DNA of 59,742 nucleotides, the filler included. It is 3 parts of 3 records of this genome, joined end to end, with 100 filler letters (N's around TTAATTAATTAA, not from the genome) between each part and the next. Parts side by side here need not be neighbours in the genome. Positions count along the whole stretch, not along the records: positions 18,833 to 34,956 come from SRR20825019_1283; 2 more parts are not named here. One strand, written 5' to 3'. The notes beneath the pieces were generated by a model. That model was not told where the DNA came from. It saw nothing but the letters and a program-made list of their open reading frames with translations, and did no database searches. A program made the translations under genes and the position numbers. Below are positions 24,496-34,866 of this stretch, piece by piece; positions within the stretch are counted from its first letter, which is position 1, and every line of letters starts with the position of its first letter.

Positions 24496-24718
24496 GAATA
24501 GTTTAAAAAACTTAGTAGAAACTAAGAAATTGCAAAGTTTTTTTGAGTTTTGTAAAAACCTTCATTTTAACGGTTAATCTGCTGTAAAACATGCAGTTGT
24601 CTATCAAGGCTTAATCCCTTCATTAACATAATTTGTTTACACAAGAACATTTTTTTTGATTTTTTCGTAACATTCTGAGAGAGACGGACGTAAATGCCTT
24701 TGTATAAAATTTGAAGTC

Positions 24719-24907
24719 ATGCAAATAACAAATTTAAATATGAACAACAGAGTCCAATCAGCAAAGTTTAAATTGTCTCAACACAGAGCGCAAGGATCTA
24801 AAAGTAATCTCAACATCTTTCAAGTCGCAAGGCTAATGGATACAGTCCAGAACAGAGTAGAAGATGCTTCGATTAATAAAAAATCCATTTTCTTTTCTCT
24901 TAACTAA
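24719..24907 (+). CDS. Hypothetical small protein (62 aa)
   Basis: ATG ORF in a ~520-bp gap, followed by an intrinsic terminator; no family recognised. Confidence 0.45.
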   Translation: MQITNLNMNNRVQSAKFKLSQHRAQGSKSNLNIFQVARLMDTVQNRVEDASINKKSIFFSLN

Positions 24908-24928
24908 GGGAAAGAGAGTACATATTTT

Positions 24929-24950
24929 AAGGTCGCCTCGGTGACCTTTT
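24929..24950 (+). terminator. Intrinsic terminator
   Basis: AAGGTCGCC-TC-GGTGACCTT hairpin followed by a T-rich tract. Confidence 0.7.
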
Positions 24951-24974
24951 GTTGTTTTTAGTAGTTTCTTTTTG

Positions 24975-25022
24975 TAATTTTGTTTTACAAATGTGTAAAT
25001 GTAAACTAATTACAAATGTTAA
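24975..25022 (+). promoter_or_regulatory. Bacteroidota -7 box (TAATTTTG, 24975-24982) plus two TTACAAATGT operator-like sites
   Basis: TAnnTTTG match; TTACAAATGT at 24985-24994 and 25010-25019, the second overlapping the XRE ATG. Confidence 0.6.
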
Positions 25023-25399
25023 TTCAGGATCGTATTAAGCTAATAATGAAATCTCAAGGAGCAAACGCTTCTGAATTCGCTGATACGATTGATGTAAAGA
25101 GATCTAACTTAAGCCACGTTTTAAGCGGTAGAAATAAGCCTAGTCTGGATTTTCTAGCTAAAATTATTAACCATTATCCAAATGTTAATGCAGCTTGGTT
25201 AGTCACTGGAGAAACATTACAAGGAGATTTTAGAGGAGGAGAGCAGACCGAACAAAGTACAGTTAAAGAATCTGAAGCTTCCGTGAATAAAGTAAGCCAA
25301 CGAAACCAACAACAAGAGAGTACATCTCAAAAGAGAATCACTAAAGTAATCGCGTTCTACTCTGACGGAACCTTCGAAACCCTTTCTCCTAGTGAGTAA
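25016..25399 (+). CDS. XRE/Cro-C1 helix-turn-helix transcriptional regulator
   Basis: [29 protein letters not shown]...WLVTG HTH; C-terminal [12 protein letters not shown] motif typical of Bacteroidota XRE proteins. Confidence 0.9.
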   Translation: MLIQDRIKLIMKSQGANASEFADTIDVKRSNLSHVLSGRNKPSLDFLAKIINHYPNVNAAWLVTGETLQGDFRGGEQTEQSTVKESEASVNKVSQRNQQQESTSQKRITKVIAFYSDGTFETLSPSE

Positions 25400-26567
25400 T
25401 GATCCCCGAAGCGATCAATTCATCTTCTATATACAGTGCTGCAAATTGTCCAGGAGTAATTCCGCGTTGAGATTCTGCAAAGAATAAGTAAACTCCATCT
25501 TCCAATACCTTTACAACTGTTTCTTGAAGTGATTGGCGGTAACGTATTCTAGATAAGCATTTTATATTATCTATATTCTCAGCATTGTAATGTTCGCTTA
25601 CAAAATGAAGATCTTCAAAATTGATCTTTAGTGCATATTTGTTTAGACCTGGATGGTTGTCATTCTGACCTGTGTAAACAATATTATTTTCCACATCTAA
25701 ATCAATTACAAAAGAGGGATTTGGTCTTCCGCCTATATGAAGTCCTTTCCGCTGTCCTATTGTGTAATAGTGCGCGCCTTGATGTTTTGTTACCTCGGTT
25801 CCAAAGCTTGATTCATAGTGAAATGGTGCTGCCAATGCTTTTACATTTTCTATTGAAACATCCAATGACTTATAGTCGTCAAACGTCGGATGGTCAGCAG
25901 CGACTTCTATAATCGATCCTTCTTTTGGCTTCAGTTGTTGTTGTAAGAACTGTGGGAGGCTAATCTTCCCAACGAAGCATAATCCCTGTGAATCTTTTTT
26001 ATCAGCGGTAAGTAGTCCGTTTTCCTTAGCGATTCTTCGAACTTCTGGTTTTAATAACTCACCAATAGGGAATAAGGCTTTCGAAAGCTGTGCTTGATTC
26101 AGTTGGCAAAGAAAATAGGATTGATCTTTATTCGGATCGGCGCCAGCGAGCAATCCGAAAGTTCCGTCTGAATGCTCCGTTCTTCTGCAGTAATGTCCTG
26201 TTGCGACGTAATCAGCGCCTAGATCCATTGCTGCTTTTAGAAATACGTCAAACTTAATTTCTCTATTGCAAAGTACATCTGGATTAGGTGTTCTTCCTGA
26301 TTCGTATTCTGAAAACATGTAATCAACAATTCGCTCCTTGTATTCTGCGCTTAAATCGATTACCTGAAAAGGGATTCCGAGCTGCTGGGCAATCAATAAG
26401 GCATCATTTGAATCGTCTATCCATGGACAATCATCCGACAGCGTAACGCTCTCATCGTGCCAATTACGCATAAACATTCCAATCACTTCATATCCCTGTT
26501 CTTTTAACAGGTACGCCGCTACACTTGAATCAACTCCGCCTGAAAGACCAACTACAACTCTTTTCAT
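25389..26567 (-). CDS. mnmA: tRNA-specific 2-thiouridylase MnmA
   Basis: [57 protein letters not shown]. Confidence 0.97.
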   Translation of the reverse strand: MKRVVVGLSGGVDSSVAAYLLKEQGYEVIGMFMRNWHDESVTLSDDCPWIDDSNDALLIAQQLGIPFQVIDLSAEYKERIVDYMFSEYESGRTPNPDVLCNREIKFDVFLKAAMDLGADYVATGHYCRRTEHSDGTFGLLAGADPNKDQSYFLCQLNQAQLSKALFPIGELLKPEVRRIAKENGLLTADKKDSQGLCFVGKISLPQFLQQQLKPKEGSIIEVAADHPTFDDYKSLDVSIENVKALAAPFHYESSFGTEVTKHQGAHYYTIGQRKGLHIGGRPNPSFVIDLDVENNIVYTGQNDNHPGLNKYALKINFEDLHFVSEHYNAENIDNIKCLSRIRYRQSLQETVVKVLEDGVYLFFAESQRGITPGQFAALYIEDELIASGIITH

Positions 26568-26571
26568 GGTG

Positions 26572-26579
26572 CAAAATTA
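26572..26579 (-). promoter_or_regulatory. Bacteroidota -7 promoter box of mnmA (near-leaderless)
   Basis: TAATTTTG located 4 nt before the ATG on the minus strand. Confidence 0.65.
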
Positions 26580-26614
26580 CTACTTATTTAAAGAAAGTAT
26601 GGCGCATTTATTGA

Positions 26615-26651
26615 TTTACAAATGTGTTTCATTGCTATATTACATTTGTAA
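26615..26651. promoter_or_regulatory. Two further TTACA-WW-TGT(AA) operator-like sites
   Basis: TTTACAAATGTGT at 26615-26627 (identical to 24984-24996) and the palindrome TTACATTTGTAA at 26640-26651. Confidence 0.55.
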
Positions 26652-26732
26652 CTATAGAGAATTGAAACTTTAACAATTGTTTTGAACGCGCTTTTATATC
26701 CTGCGGTACAATTTTTGTAATTTCACTTTTGT

Positions 26733-27482
26733 ATGAAAATAGTTATTGCACTTTGTGTAGCATTTTTTTCGTTTTTGAGTAATGCTCAATCCTGCGAAAA
26801 GGTTTTGCTTTCTGGTAAGGTGGTCGATTCTTTACGACCTCAAAACTTTTACAATCTAATGGTGGTTAATAAAAGTTCTGGACAAGGCGTTTTTGGTCAA
26901 CCAAACGGAAATTTCTCTGTTTATGCGAAACAAGGTGATACAATCGCTCTTTCTGTCCGCGGTTATCCTGTTAAATTGCTAATTGTAGAAGCAGATTCAA
27001 ATTGTCAGATGCGCGGAGTATATGGAATTGAAGGTAAAGCGCAGGAATTTGATCCTGTTGTTGTGCGTTCACTAAAGAGCTTGGAGGAAATTAGAGAAGA
27101 GCGAGAAGGACTTGCTTTGAGAGAAACGCGTTTGGTTACTGGGATTGATGCTCTTCAAAGCCCAATAACGGCATTGTATCAGTCTTTTTCGAAGCGAGAA
27201 AAGACAAAACGATGGATTGCTGAACAAGAATACAAAGATGATAAGGCGCGCGTACTTAAAGAGTTGCTAAGGACTTATGTCGCGTATGATATCGTTAATT
27301 TGTCTGATGATGAGCTTGAGGAATTCATTTTCTTCCTCAATATGGACGAAGATTTCTTAAAGACTTCCTCAGAGATGGAGTTGATTACGTTTATTCAAGA
27401 TAAATACATTCACTATTCGTCTATGAAGAATAATCCGGGACAATCAACCTATTTTGATGTGATCAATAAAAAAGAAGAATAG
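26733..27482 (+). CDS. Secreted hypothetical protein with carboxypeptidase-regulatory-like N-terminal domain
   Basis: Signal peptide; LSGKVVD...GNFSV...GDTIALS..GY pattern; SPITALYQSFSKREK. Confidence 0.65.
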   Translation: MKIVIALCVAFFSFLSNAQSCEKVLLSGKVVDSLRPQNFYNLMVVNKSSGQGVFGQPNGNFSVYAKQGDTIALSVRGYPVKLLIVEADSNCQMRGVYGIEGKAQEFDPVVVRSLKSLEEIREEREGLALRETRLVTGIDALQSPITALYQSFSKREKTKRWIAEQEYKDDKARVLKELLRTYVAYDIVNLSDDELEEFIFFLNMDEDFLKTSSEMELITFIQDKYIHYSSMKNNPGQSTYFDVINKKEE

Positions 27483-27512
27483 AGCACTCTATTTAAATTG
27501 CACTCTATTCTT
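27475..27512. terminator. Probable bidirectional terminator between convergent genes
   Basis: AAGAATAGAG ... CTCTATTCTT inverted repeat. Confidence 0.45.
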
Positions 27513-27527
27513 TAGTTAAGTCAATTT

Positions 27528-27848
27528 CTATGCATTTATTGCAGCGACGAGTATAACAACCAGTAGAATAAATCCTAAGAGAGAGATTCCAATAATTGCA
27601 CAAACTCTTCCCGCCTTTACATTCTTGTAAGAGCTTTGAGTGTACTTCGATGGGCTTTCGTTATATAATCTGAGAGCATTGGAAGACATTGATATCGATA
27701 CAATTCCAAGAATTAGACCGATTAGTCCTGCAAGAACAATAGATAATATCCCCATAGCTAGTATTCCTCCACTGCTTGGAAGTGGGATTTGCGCTGTAGG
27801 CGTAGGTTCAATGTGGACGCTGTTTTGATCCAGTATTTCGTTTGACAT
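27528..27848 (-). CDS. Small membrane protein (DUF4190/CCC-motif-like)
   Basis: LPSSGGILAMGILSIV...NVKAGRVCAIIG; hydrophobic TM segments. Confidence 0.75.
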   Translation of the reverse strand: MSNEILDQNSVHIEPTPTAQIPLPSSGGILAMGILSIVLAGLIGLILGIVSISMSSNALRLYNESPSKYTQSSYKNVKAGRVCAIIGISLLGFILLVVILVAAINA

Positions 27849-27909
27849 AGTAAATAGTTTGAACGAATATAATTAAATCGACGAAAAACAGCTTCTTTTT
27901 CTTGTGCGA

Positions 27910-28713
27910 CTATAATTTGTTTTCAATAGCCTTTCTTACGCTTCCATACTTAGCAAGTAATTCTTCCGCTTCTTGGTAGTTGATGTGCAAAGCTTCTTGG
28001 ATCATTTTAACCCCTCGATCAACTAGTTTGTTGTTACTGAGTTGCATATCAACCATTCGATTCCCTTTAATATGCCCCAATTTGATCATTAGCGATGTGC
28101 TGATCATGTTTAGAATGAGTTTCTGAGCTGTTCCAGACTTCATGCGCGTGCTTCCTGTCACGAATTCTGGGCCAACGACTGCTGTCATTGGAAACTGCGC
28201 CAGTTGTTCTATTGGCGAGCCTGGGTTACAGGAGATCGAACCAGTAAGAACGCCGAATTCATTTGCTGCTTTGAGTGCTCCAATAACGTATGGTGTCGTT
28301 CCCGAAGCCGCGATTCCTACCAAGGTATCGTTTGCAGTGATTTGGTGATTCGTCAAATCTTTCCATCCCTGTTCCGTATCGTCTTCTGCGAATTCAACCG
28401 CTTTTCGGATGGCGTAATCTCCACCGGCAATAATCCCTACAACAACTCCGTGGTCAACACCAAAAGTAGGTGGACATTCGCTGGCATCAATAATTCCAAG
28501 TCTACCACTCGTTCCTGCACCGATGTAGAAGATCCGACCACCGTTTTTCATTCGTTCGTAGCAAGCTTCGATAAATAACTCTATTTCTGGGATTATTTTC
28601 TCTATGGCTTGAGCAACTGTATTGTCTTCTTGGTTGATTCCCTTGAGAAGCTCAAGAGTTGACATTTGCTCCAAATGATCGTGATTTGAACTGGATTCTG
28701 TAATTCGTTCCAT
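27910..28713 (-). CDS. murQ: N-acetylmuramic acid 6-phosphate etherase
   Basis: GAGTSGRLG, DASECPPTFG, GIAASGTTPY, GPEFVTGSTRMKSGTAQK. Confidence 0.96.
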   Translation of the reverse strand: MERITESSSNHDHLEQMSTLELLKGINQEDNTVAQAIEKIIPEIELFIEACYERMKNGGRIFYIGAGTSGRLGIIDASECPPTFGVDHGVVVGIIAGGDYAIRKAVEFAEDDTEQGWKDLTNHQITANDTLVGIAASGTTPYVIGALKAANEFGVLTGSISCNPGSPIEQLAQFPMTAVVGPEFVTGSTRMKSGTAQKLILNMISTSLMIKLGHIKGNRMVDMQLSNNKLVDRGVKMIQEALHINYQEAEELLAKYGSVRKAIENKL

Positions 28714-29207
28714 TAGATCAGGTACGCTTTTTCGTTATTAGCTGATAAGTCGATTTCCACACGTTCTTTGAGTGTTGTAGAGAGACTAATCCCTACGAAA
28801 TCTGCTTTAATTGGGAAGCGACGGTGCTTTCTATCGACCAAGGCTACCGTTTTTATAGCTTTTGTTGGGAATTTTAAGAACTCGACCAACGAATATTGCA
28901 TCGTTTTTCCTGAGTTCAGAACGTCGTCTACAAGAAAAATGTAGGCGTTTTTAAGAGATTCATTCGGGATGGATAGAACAACTTTCTCTGACCACGGCTC
29001 ACTTTTATTAATATCTATTGTGAACACGTGAGCTTCTATTGACGAATTGGATCGAATAATTTCCCCAAGCTGATTTGCTAAAATGGCTCCGTTGCCTTGG
29101 ATTCCGCCAATGAAAATTTGGTTTTCTTCAAAGCAGTTCTCAATAATTTGATGGGCGAGACGCTCTGTTTTTTGATGAATTTCTCTACTTGATAAAATGT
29201 TCTGCAT
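28713..29207 (-). CDS. Phosphoribosyltransferase family protein (PyrR-like)
   Basis: FLVDDVLNSGKT PRPP motif; LVDRKHRRFPIKADFVG. Confidence 0.85.
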   Translation of the reverse strand: MQNILSSREIHQKTERLAHQIIENCFEENQIFIGGIQGNGAILANQLGEIIRSNSSIEAHVFTIDINKSEPWSEKVVLSIPNESLKNAYIFLVDDVLNSGKTMQYSLVEFLKFPTKAIKTVALVDRKHRRFPIKADFVGISLSTTLKERVEIDLSANNEKAYLI

Positions 29208-29281
29208 GAATTCTTCAATATGTGTGTCTGCTAAATTAGTTCAAACGCTGGAAATTATGTCAATTTCACACCAATTTTAGC

Positions 29282-31051
29282 CTATTTGGAGCTAAATTCT
29301 TCAACGGTGAGTGTAAAATCTTCAATTACAAAGGATTTTCCTTCTGGGTTGTAGATGTACATTCCAATTTGATTGTATGCTCTCCAGCCGTTATCACAAT
29401 AGGCTTGCTCTATAATTAGGTCTTTCGAATGCGAAGCTCCTTCTTTGAAGTATTCGTAAAGCGAATTCGCTGTATAATAGCGTTCTTGCGAATTGGTGTC
29501 AACTGCATCCATTACAAAATAGACATTCTTGAAATCACTTTGATCTTGCAGTTTTTTTCGGACTTTGAGTGTGAAATAATAGCATTTTGAGTTTTTGTCT
29601 TTCGGTAGGGTGAATGTTGTCGTAAATCCAAATTGAGTTGCAGTATCAAACGTATATGGAGCGTTGGAATTGGTATTTAGTTTCCATTCTTTTGTCTTTT
29701 TACCAAATGGAGCTACTTCGCGATTAAAAGCAAATTCGCCTTCGTGAATTCTATCAATCTTACCAATTGATCTAAAGTAAGTTTCGGCGGTAAAACGATG
29801 CGGAATAATGCCTTTTTCTAACTGAATTAAGCGTGTAGACATAAATAGAATGAGAATAGTTACAATTGAATAACTCATCCAGCTATACTTAAAGTGTTGA
29901 ATTAAGTAAGCGATTAAAAATGATAGTATAACAATATGTTCTGTAAACATTCTGTTCCCAAAGAAACCACCGAAATCCCAGCTCCACCATGCGCCAATCA
30001 ACAAGCTAATGATGAGGAAGTATCCCAGCCACGCTAAGACACGAAATTTATCCTTGGTAAATAAATAAATACAGCCAAAAATCGCCAGAAATGCAATAGG
30101 AGTATGAATGAAGAAGCCGGTTCGGAAGCTGAACAATACTTGCCAAATTTTCGGATGAAAGAAATTAAATCCTTCTCCCTGATACGACCAGTTTAACAGG
30201 TTTCCAGACTGAAGGTAATTGAAAATGAAAATAGGGGAGATCCCAAGGAGAAAAGAAGCTATAATCCACACAAAATGTTGATTCTTCCTATTGAAAACAG
30301 TGTTAAAAAACAATTTGTTGCCTTTTAATGATCCAATAATAAAAGGGAGAGCCAGAAATACCAAAATGTTGACAGGTCGCACCATGACGATTAGACCAAA
30401 AACAAGCCCCGCTAGAATCGATTTCTTACGAGTTGCGTTCACTTGGTAGCTCTTGACTGTGCAAGCAAACAATGCAAAGAGAAAAAAGGAATAATGATGC
30501 GATAAACTTGGCGTAAACACGATCTGATAAAAAAGTGTTGTCCCGAAGAACAAAGCAAATGAAGTAATGATCGCGGTTTTCTTGTTGATTCCAGAGAGCA
30601 TTAAGTATTTCCTCAGAAAATAAAACCCAAGAATGCCATAGATTAACGATCCGAACTGAAAAAAATAGTAAAAGATGGATGAATATCCAGTAATCGTGGC
30701 GCTTGATTCAGAAGAAAGTAAGTAAGCTGCTCCGAAGAAAGGAGACTGAAGAATCGCTACTCCAGGATAATATTTATTAATTGTCTTTCCATCTTGATTC
30801 TTGAGCAAGTAAAACGGCTTTGGACGGAGTTTGGTGCTATTTTCTTCCGCGAGGGCTGTAGATTTAAAACTTAAGTCTTTTTGAATAAACACAGCAGGCA
30901 AGAAAGCATAGTAGCCTGTTCCGTCTGATTGAATAATTTTATCCTCCGAATTAGGATCTTGCCACTGAATGCCTATCATCAGCGTTAGCAAGATGCCAGT
31001 AAGTACAATTTCGGGAAGCAGTCTTCGGAGTAGATTAGCCACTTGTTTCAA
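29282..31051 (-). CDS. Multi-pass membrane protein, probable GT-C-fold glycosyltransferase
   Basis: SDGTGYYAFLP, KYYPGVAIL, VRPVN, FGNRMF motifs; many TM helices plus a C-terminal soluble domain. Confidence 0.65.
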   Translation of the reverse strand: MKQVANLLRRLLPEIVLTGILLTLMIGIQWQDPNSEDKIIQSDGTGYYAFLPAVFIQKDLSFKSTALAEENSTKLRPKPFYLLKNQDGKTINKYYPGVAILQSPFFGAAYLLSSESSATITGYSSIFYYFFQFGSLIYGILGFYFLRKYLMLSGINKKTAIITSFALFFGTTLFYQIVFTPSLSHHYSFFLFALFACTVKSYQVNATRKKSILAGLVFGLIVMVRPVNILVFLALPFIIGSLKGNKLFFNTVFNRKNQHFVWIIASFLLGISPIFIFNYLQSGNLLNWSYQGEGFNFFHPKIWQVLFSFRTGFFIHTPIAFLAIFGCIYLFTKDKFRVLAWLGYFLIISLLIGAWWSWDFGGFFGNRMFTEHIVILSFLIAYLIQHFKYSWMSYSIVTILILFMSTRLIQLEKGIIPHRFTAETYFRSIGKIDRIHEGEFAFNREVAPFGKKTKEWKLNTNSNAPYTFDTATQFGFTTTFTLPKDKNSKCYYFTLKVRKKLQDQSDFKNVYFVMDAVDTNSQERYYTANSLYEYFKEGASHSKDLIIEQAYCDNGWRAYNQIGMYIYNPEGKSFVIEDFTLTVEEFSSK

Positions 31052-31222
31052 TGTTCAATGAACTACAAATATAACAGTGCTGATAAAACCATGGTTCTTA
31101 ACTAAATCGTTTTGTATTTAATTCCGCTCCGTTATCCTTGATTTATACGGCTTTGATTGGCTTATTATTCCGATTGTTTAAAAGAAGTGAAAAAATGCAG
31201 GGCGAGAACCCTATTTTTTAGC

Positions 31223-31230
31223 TAAATTTG
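31223..31230 (+). promoter_or_regulatory. Bacteroidota -7 box upstream of carB
   Basis: TAAATTTG matches TAnnTTTG. Confidence 0.55.
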
Positions 31231-31283
31231 CGCTCAATTTGTCGCCAATAATGGTGCATGTTGAACCCTCAAAGCGCATAAAA

Positions 31284-34100
31284 ATGCCAAAAGACAACGC
31301 GATTAAGTCCGTATTGATTATCGGAAGCGGACCAATTGTAATCGGACAAGCCTGTGAGTTTGATTATTCAGGATCACAAGCGTCAAGATCTCTCAGAGAA
31401 GAAGGAATTGAAGTAACGCTGATCAATTCGAACCCAGCGACGATCATGACAGATAAAGTTGTGGCGGATAATATTTATCTCAAGCCACTTGAACCTGCAA
31501 GTATTCGTGAAATTCTCGAAAACCATAAAATTGATGCTGTTTTGCCTACCATGGGTGGACAAACGGCACTTAATCTCGCTATCAAATGCGATGAGATGGG
31601 GTTGTGGGAAGAGTTTGGTGTGAAAATCATCGGAGTTGATATCAATGCTATCGAAATTACTGAAAACCGTGAGGCTTTTAGAAATTTGATGGAGGAAATT
31701 GGTGTTGCAATGGCACCACAGAAATCAGCTACTTCATTCTTACAAGGAAAGGAAATTGCTCAAGAGTTCGGTTTCCCGTTGTGTGTTAGAGCCTCATATA
31801 CCCTTGGAGGTGCAGGAGCTTCAATTGTACACGACCCACTTGAGTTCGATAATCACCTAGAGAACGGATTGAAAATCTCTCCAATTCACGAAGTAATGAT
31901 CGACAAAGCCTTACTCGGGTGGAAAGAGTACGAGCTTGAATTGTTGCGTGATGCGAACGACAACGTTGTGATCATCTGTTCGATAGAGAATTTTGATCCA
32001 ATGGGAATTCACACGGGAGATTCTATCACCGTTGCACCAGCAATGACGCTTTCTGACACGACTTACCAAAAAATGAGAGATATGGCCATCCACATGATGC
32101 GCTCTATCGGAAATTTTGCGGGAGGATGTAACGTTCAGTTTGCTGTTTCTCCTGATGATAACGAAGATATTATTGCCATCGAGATCAACCCAAGGGTTTC
32201 ACGATCTTCTGCTTTAGCATCAAAAGCAACGGGGTATCCGATTGCTAAAATTGCTGCAAAACTGGCAATTGGTTATCATTTAGATGAATTAAAAAATCAA
32301 ATTACAAAGACAACATCTGCTCTTTTTGAACCGACGTTGGACTATGTAATCGTAAAAATTCCGCGTTGGAACTTTAATAAATTCCCAGGGACAAACCGTG
32401 AGCTTGGGCTCCAAATGAAATCGGTGGGAGAAGTAATGGCGATTGGGCGTTCGTTTCAAGAAGCATTGCAAAAAGCATGTCAATCACTTGAGATTGGACG
32501 AAATGGCCTTGGAGCTGACGGAAAGGAATTAACAAGTCAAAACGAAATTCTTGAAAGTCTAGCGAAACCAAGCTGGAACCGTTTATTCCATATTTACGAT
32601 GCAATTAAATTGGGAATTCCATTTAAAAGAATCGTGGAAATAACTAAAATCGACATCTGGTTCTTAAAGCAGATTGAAGATTTAATTCACCTTGAACGAC
32701 GCGTTGAAAAGTTTCAATTAGATAGTATTCCAAAAGAATTACTTTTTGAAACAAAACAAAAAGGATACGCAGATAGACAAGTAGCTCATTTATTGAAATG
32801 CTTAGAATCTGAAGTATATAAGAAACGTGAAGAAATGGGCATTCAGCGTGTTTACAAATTAGTAGATACCTGTGCCGCTGAGTTTGAAGCGTTAACGCCT
32901 TATTACTATTCGACGTTTGAATACGAGAATGAAAGTCCCGTTTCAGACCGTAAAAAAGTAGTAGTACTTGGTTCTGGTCCAAATAGAATCGGGCAAGGAA
33001 TTGAATTTGATTATAGTTGTGTGCATGGTGTTCTGGCCGCGAAAGAGTGTGGTTACGAAACGATAATGATCAATTGTAATCCAGAAACGGTTTCTACGGA
33101 CTTCGATACTGCTGATAAATTATACTTCGAGCCTGTTTTCTGGGAACATATCTACGATATCATTCGTCACGAGAAGCCAGAGGGCGTGATTGTTCAATTG
33201 GGAGGTCAAACTGCCTTGAAACTCGCGGAGAAGTTAGAGCGATATGGAATCAAAATATTTGGAACAAGCTTCGAAGCGCTAGATTTAGCGGAAGATAGAG
33301 GTCGATTCTCTAAAGTTTTGGAACGAAATAATATTCCTTTTCCTAAGTACGGTGTTGTAGAAAGTGCTGAGCAAGCTCTAGAACTCGCTGATGAATTAGG
33401 TTTTCCATTATTGGTTCGTCCATCGTATGTTTTGGGTGGACAGAAGATGAAAATCGTCATCAATAAAAACGAATTGGAGCATCATGTTGTAGATATCTTG
33501 AACGAAATGGGAGAGAATCAGATCTTGCTTGATCACTTCATTGGTGGAGCGATTGAAGCGGAAGCAGATGCTATTTGTGACGGAAAGGATGTGTATATTA
33601 TTGGTGTAATGCAGCACATCGAACCAGCTGGAATTCACTCAGGTGATTCTTATGCGGTTCTTCCTCCATACAATTTGGGAGATTTGGTGATGCAGCAGAT
33701 CATTGATATCACAAATAAGATTGCCGTTGAATTGAAAACCGTTGGATTGATCAACATTCAGTTCGCGATTAAGGATGATAAAGTATACGTAATTGAAGCG
33801 AACCCTAGAGCATCTAGAACGGTTCCTTTTATTGCGAAAGCGTACGATGAGCCTTATGTGAATTACGCTACGAAAGTTATGTTGGGTCACAGTAAGGTAA
33901 AGGACTTTAATTTCCAACCAAAACGTAACGGTTACGCTATTAAAATCCCTGTATTCTCCTACGAGAAATTCCCGGATGTGAAAAAAGAGCTTGGTCCTGA
34001 AATGAAATCTACTGGTGAGGCGATTCGTTTCATTAAGGATTTGAAGGATCCATTTTTCTTTGAGATTTATTCTGAACGAAATATGCACTTATCGCGTTAA
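31284..34100 (+). CDS. carB: Carbamoyl-phosphate synthase large subunit (938 aa, no C-terminal MGS domain)
   Basis: GSGPIVIGQACEFDYSG, NPRVSRSSALASKATGYPIA, GSGPNRIGQGIEFDY, GPEMKSTGE. Confidence 0.97.
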   Translation: MPKDNAIKSVLIIGSGPIVIGQACEFDYSGSQASRSLREEGIEVTLINSNPATIMTDKVVADNIYLKPLEPASIREILENHKIDAVLPTMGGQTALNLAIKCDEMGLWEEFGVKIIGVDINAIEITENREAFRNLMEEIGVAMAPQKSATSFLQGKEIAQEFGFPLCVRASYTLGGAGASIVHDPLEFDNHLENGLKISPIHEVMIDKALLGWKEYELELLRDANDNVVIICSIENFDPMGIHTGDSITVAPAMTLSDTTYQKMRDMAIHMMRSIGNFAGGCNVQFAVSPDDNEDIIAIEINPRVSRSSALASKATGYPIAKIAAKLAIGYHLDELKNQITKTTSALFEPTLDYVIVKIPRWNFNKFPGTNRELGLQMKSVGEVMAIGRSFQEALQKACQSLEIGRNGLGADGKELTSQNEILESLAKPSWNRLFHIYDAIKLGIPFKRIVEITKIDIWFLKQIEDLIHLERRVEKFQLDSIPKELLFETKQKGYADRQVAHLLKCLESEVYKKREEMGIQRVYKLVDTCAAEFEALTPYYYSTFEYENESPVSDRKKVVVLGSGPNRIGQGIEFDYSCVHGVLAAKECGYETIMINCNPETVSTDFDTADKLYFEPVFWEHIYDIIRHEKPEGVIVQLGGQTALKLAEKLERYGIKIFGTSFEALDLAEDRGRFSKVLERNNIPFPKYGVVESAEQALELADELGFPLLVRPSYVLGGQKMKIVINKNELEHHVVDILNEMGENQILLDHFIGGAIEAEADAICDGKDVYIIGVMQHIEPAGIHSGDSYAVLPPYNLGDLVMQQIIDITNKIAVELKTVGLINIQFAIKDDKVYVIEANPRASRTVPFIAKAYDEPYVNYATKVMLGHSKVKDFNFQPKRNGYAIKIPVFSYEKFPDVKKELGPEMKSTGEAIRFIKDLKDPFFFEIYSERNMHLSR

Positions 34101-34348
34101 TGTTTTTTCTTCTAAGCATTACTGGATTATTCAAAATGATACTGATTATACTCGGAGCAGTTGTGCTGCTCCGATTTATCGGTCAATTTATGAATGCGAA
34201 GCGTAATATGGAGGAGGAACGAATGCTCAATGAGCGTGAACGTAAGCTCAAACAAGAAAGAGAGCGCAAGCAGAAGAATTTGGGTAAGACGCAGATTCTT
34301 TCAAGAAATGCAGACGGTGAGGATGTCGATTTTGAGGAGGTTGATTAA
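34100..34348 (+). CDS. Hypothetical membrane-anchored small protein
   Basis: N-terminal TM, coiled segment, C-terminal EDVDFEEVD; TAATG overlap with carB. Confidence 0.75.
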   Translation: MFFLLSITGLFKMILIILGAVVLLRFIGQFMNAKRNMEEERMLNERERKLKQERERKQKNLGKTQILSRNADGEDVDFEEVD

Positions 34349-34374
34349 TCAGCTTTTCTAAATTAATCGATTCC

Positions 34375-34866
34375 ATGATTTCCAAAAACATAGAATTTAT
34401 TGCTTCTTTTTTACTCGGGTTGATTGTGACATATTTCATGTATCATTTAGCGAGTGACTTTGTCCATTTCGTTGATCGCGGAATCTTTGATCTTTTTGAT
34501 GCCATAATGGGAAGGTGGTTTCTTCAACACATTATTTTCGCTCTCTCGATTGGAATTATTCCCGTTGTTTCTTTCATTGCCTGGAGTATCCGCAAGAAAA
34601 AAAATAAGGGCACAATACTCAAATACTATTTACTCGGCTACTTCATACAGTGCGGGTCAATAGTAGCTTCGTTCTTTCTACTCGTTTTTTATAATTCTTC
34701 GGGGAGAAGTTGGGCTATCCCAATGGTTATTCGACAGCCTAGTTTATGGTTTTGGAACTATGTTTTTATTGGGTCTATTTTTCTCGTACTTCTTGTACTT
34801 CTGATAATTAGTTACATCAAGAATAATGCGGGAGACAGGAATAACCAAGCAGTTATTGATGTGTAA
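34375..34866 (+). CDS. Hypothetical membrane protein (about 4 TM)
   Basis: 163-aa hydrophobic ORF. Confidence 0.65.
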   Translation: MISKNIEFIASFLLGLIVTYFMYHLASDFVHFVDRGIFDLFDAIMGRWFLQHIIFALSIGIIPVVSFIAWSIRKKKNKGTILKYYLLGYFIQCGSIVASFFLLVFYNSSGRSWAIPMVIRQPSLWFWNYVFIGSIFLVLLVLLIISYIKNNAGDRNNQAVIDV

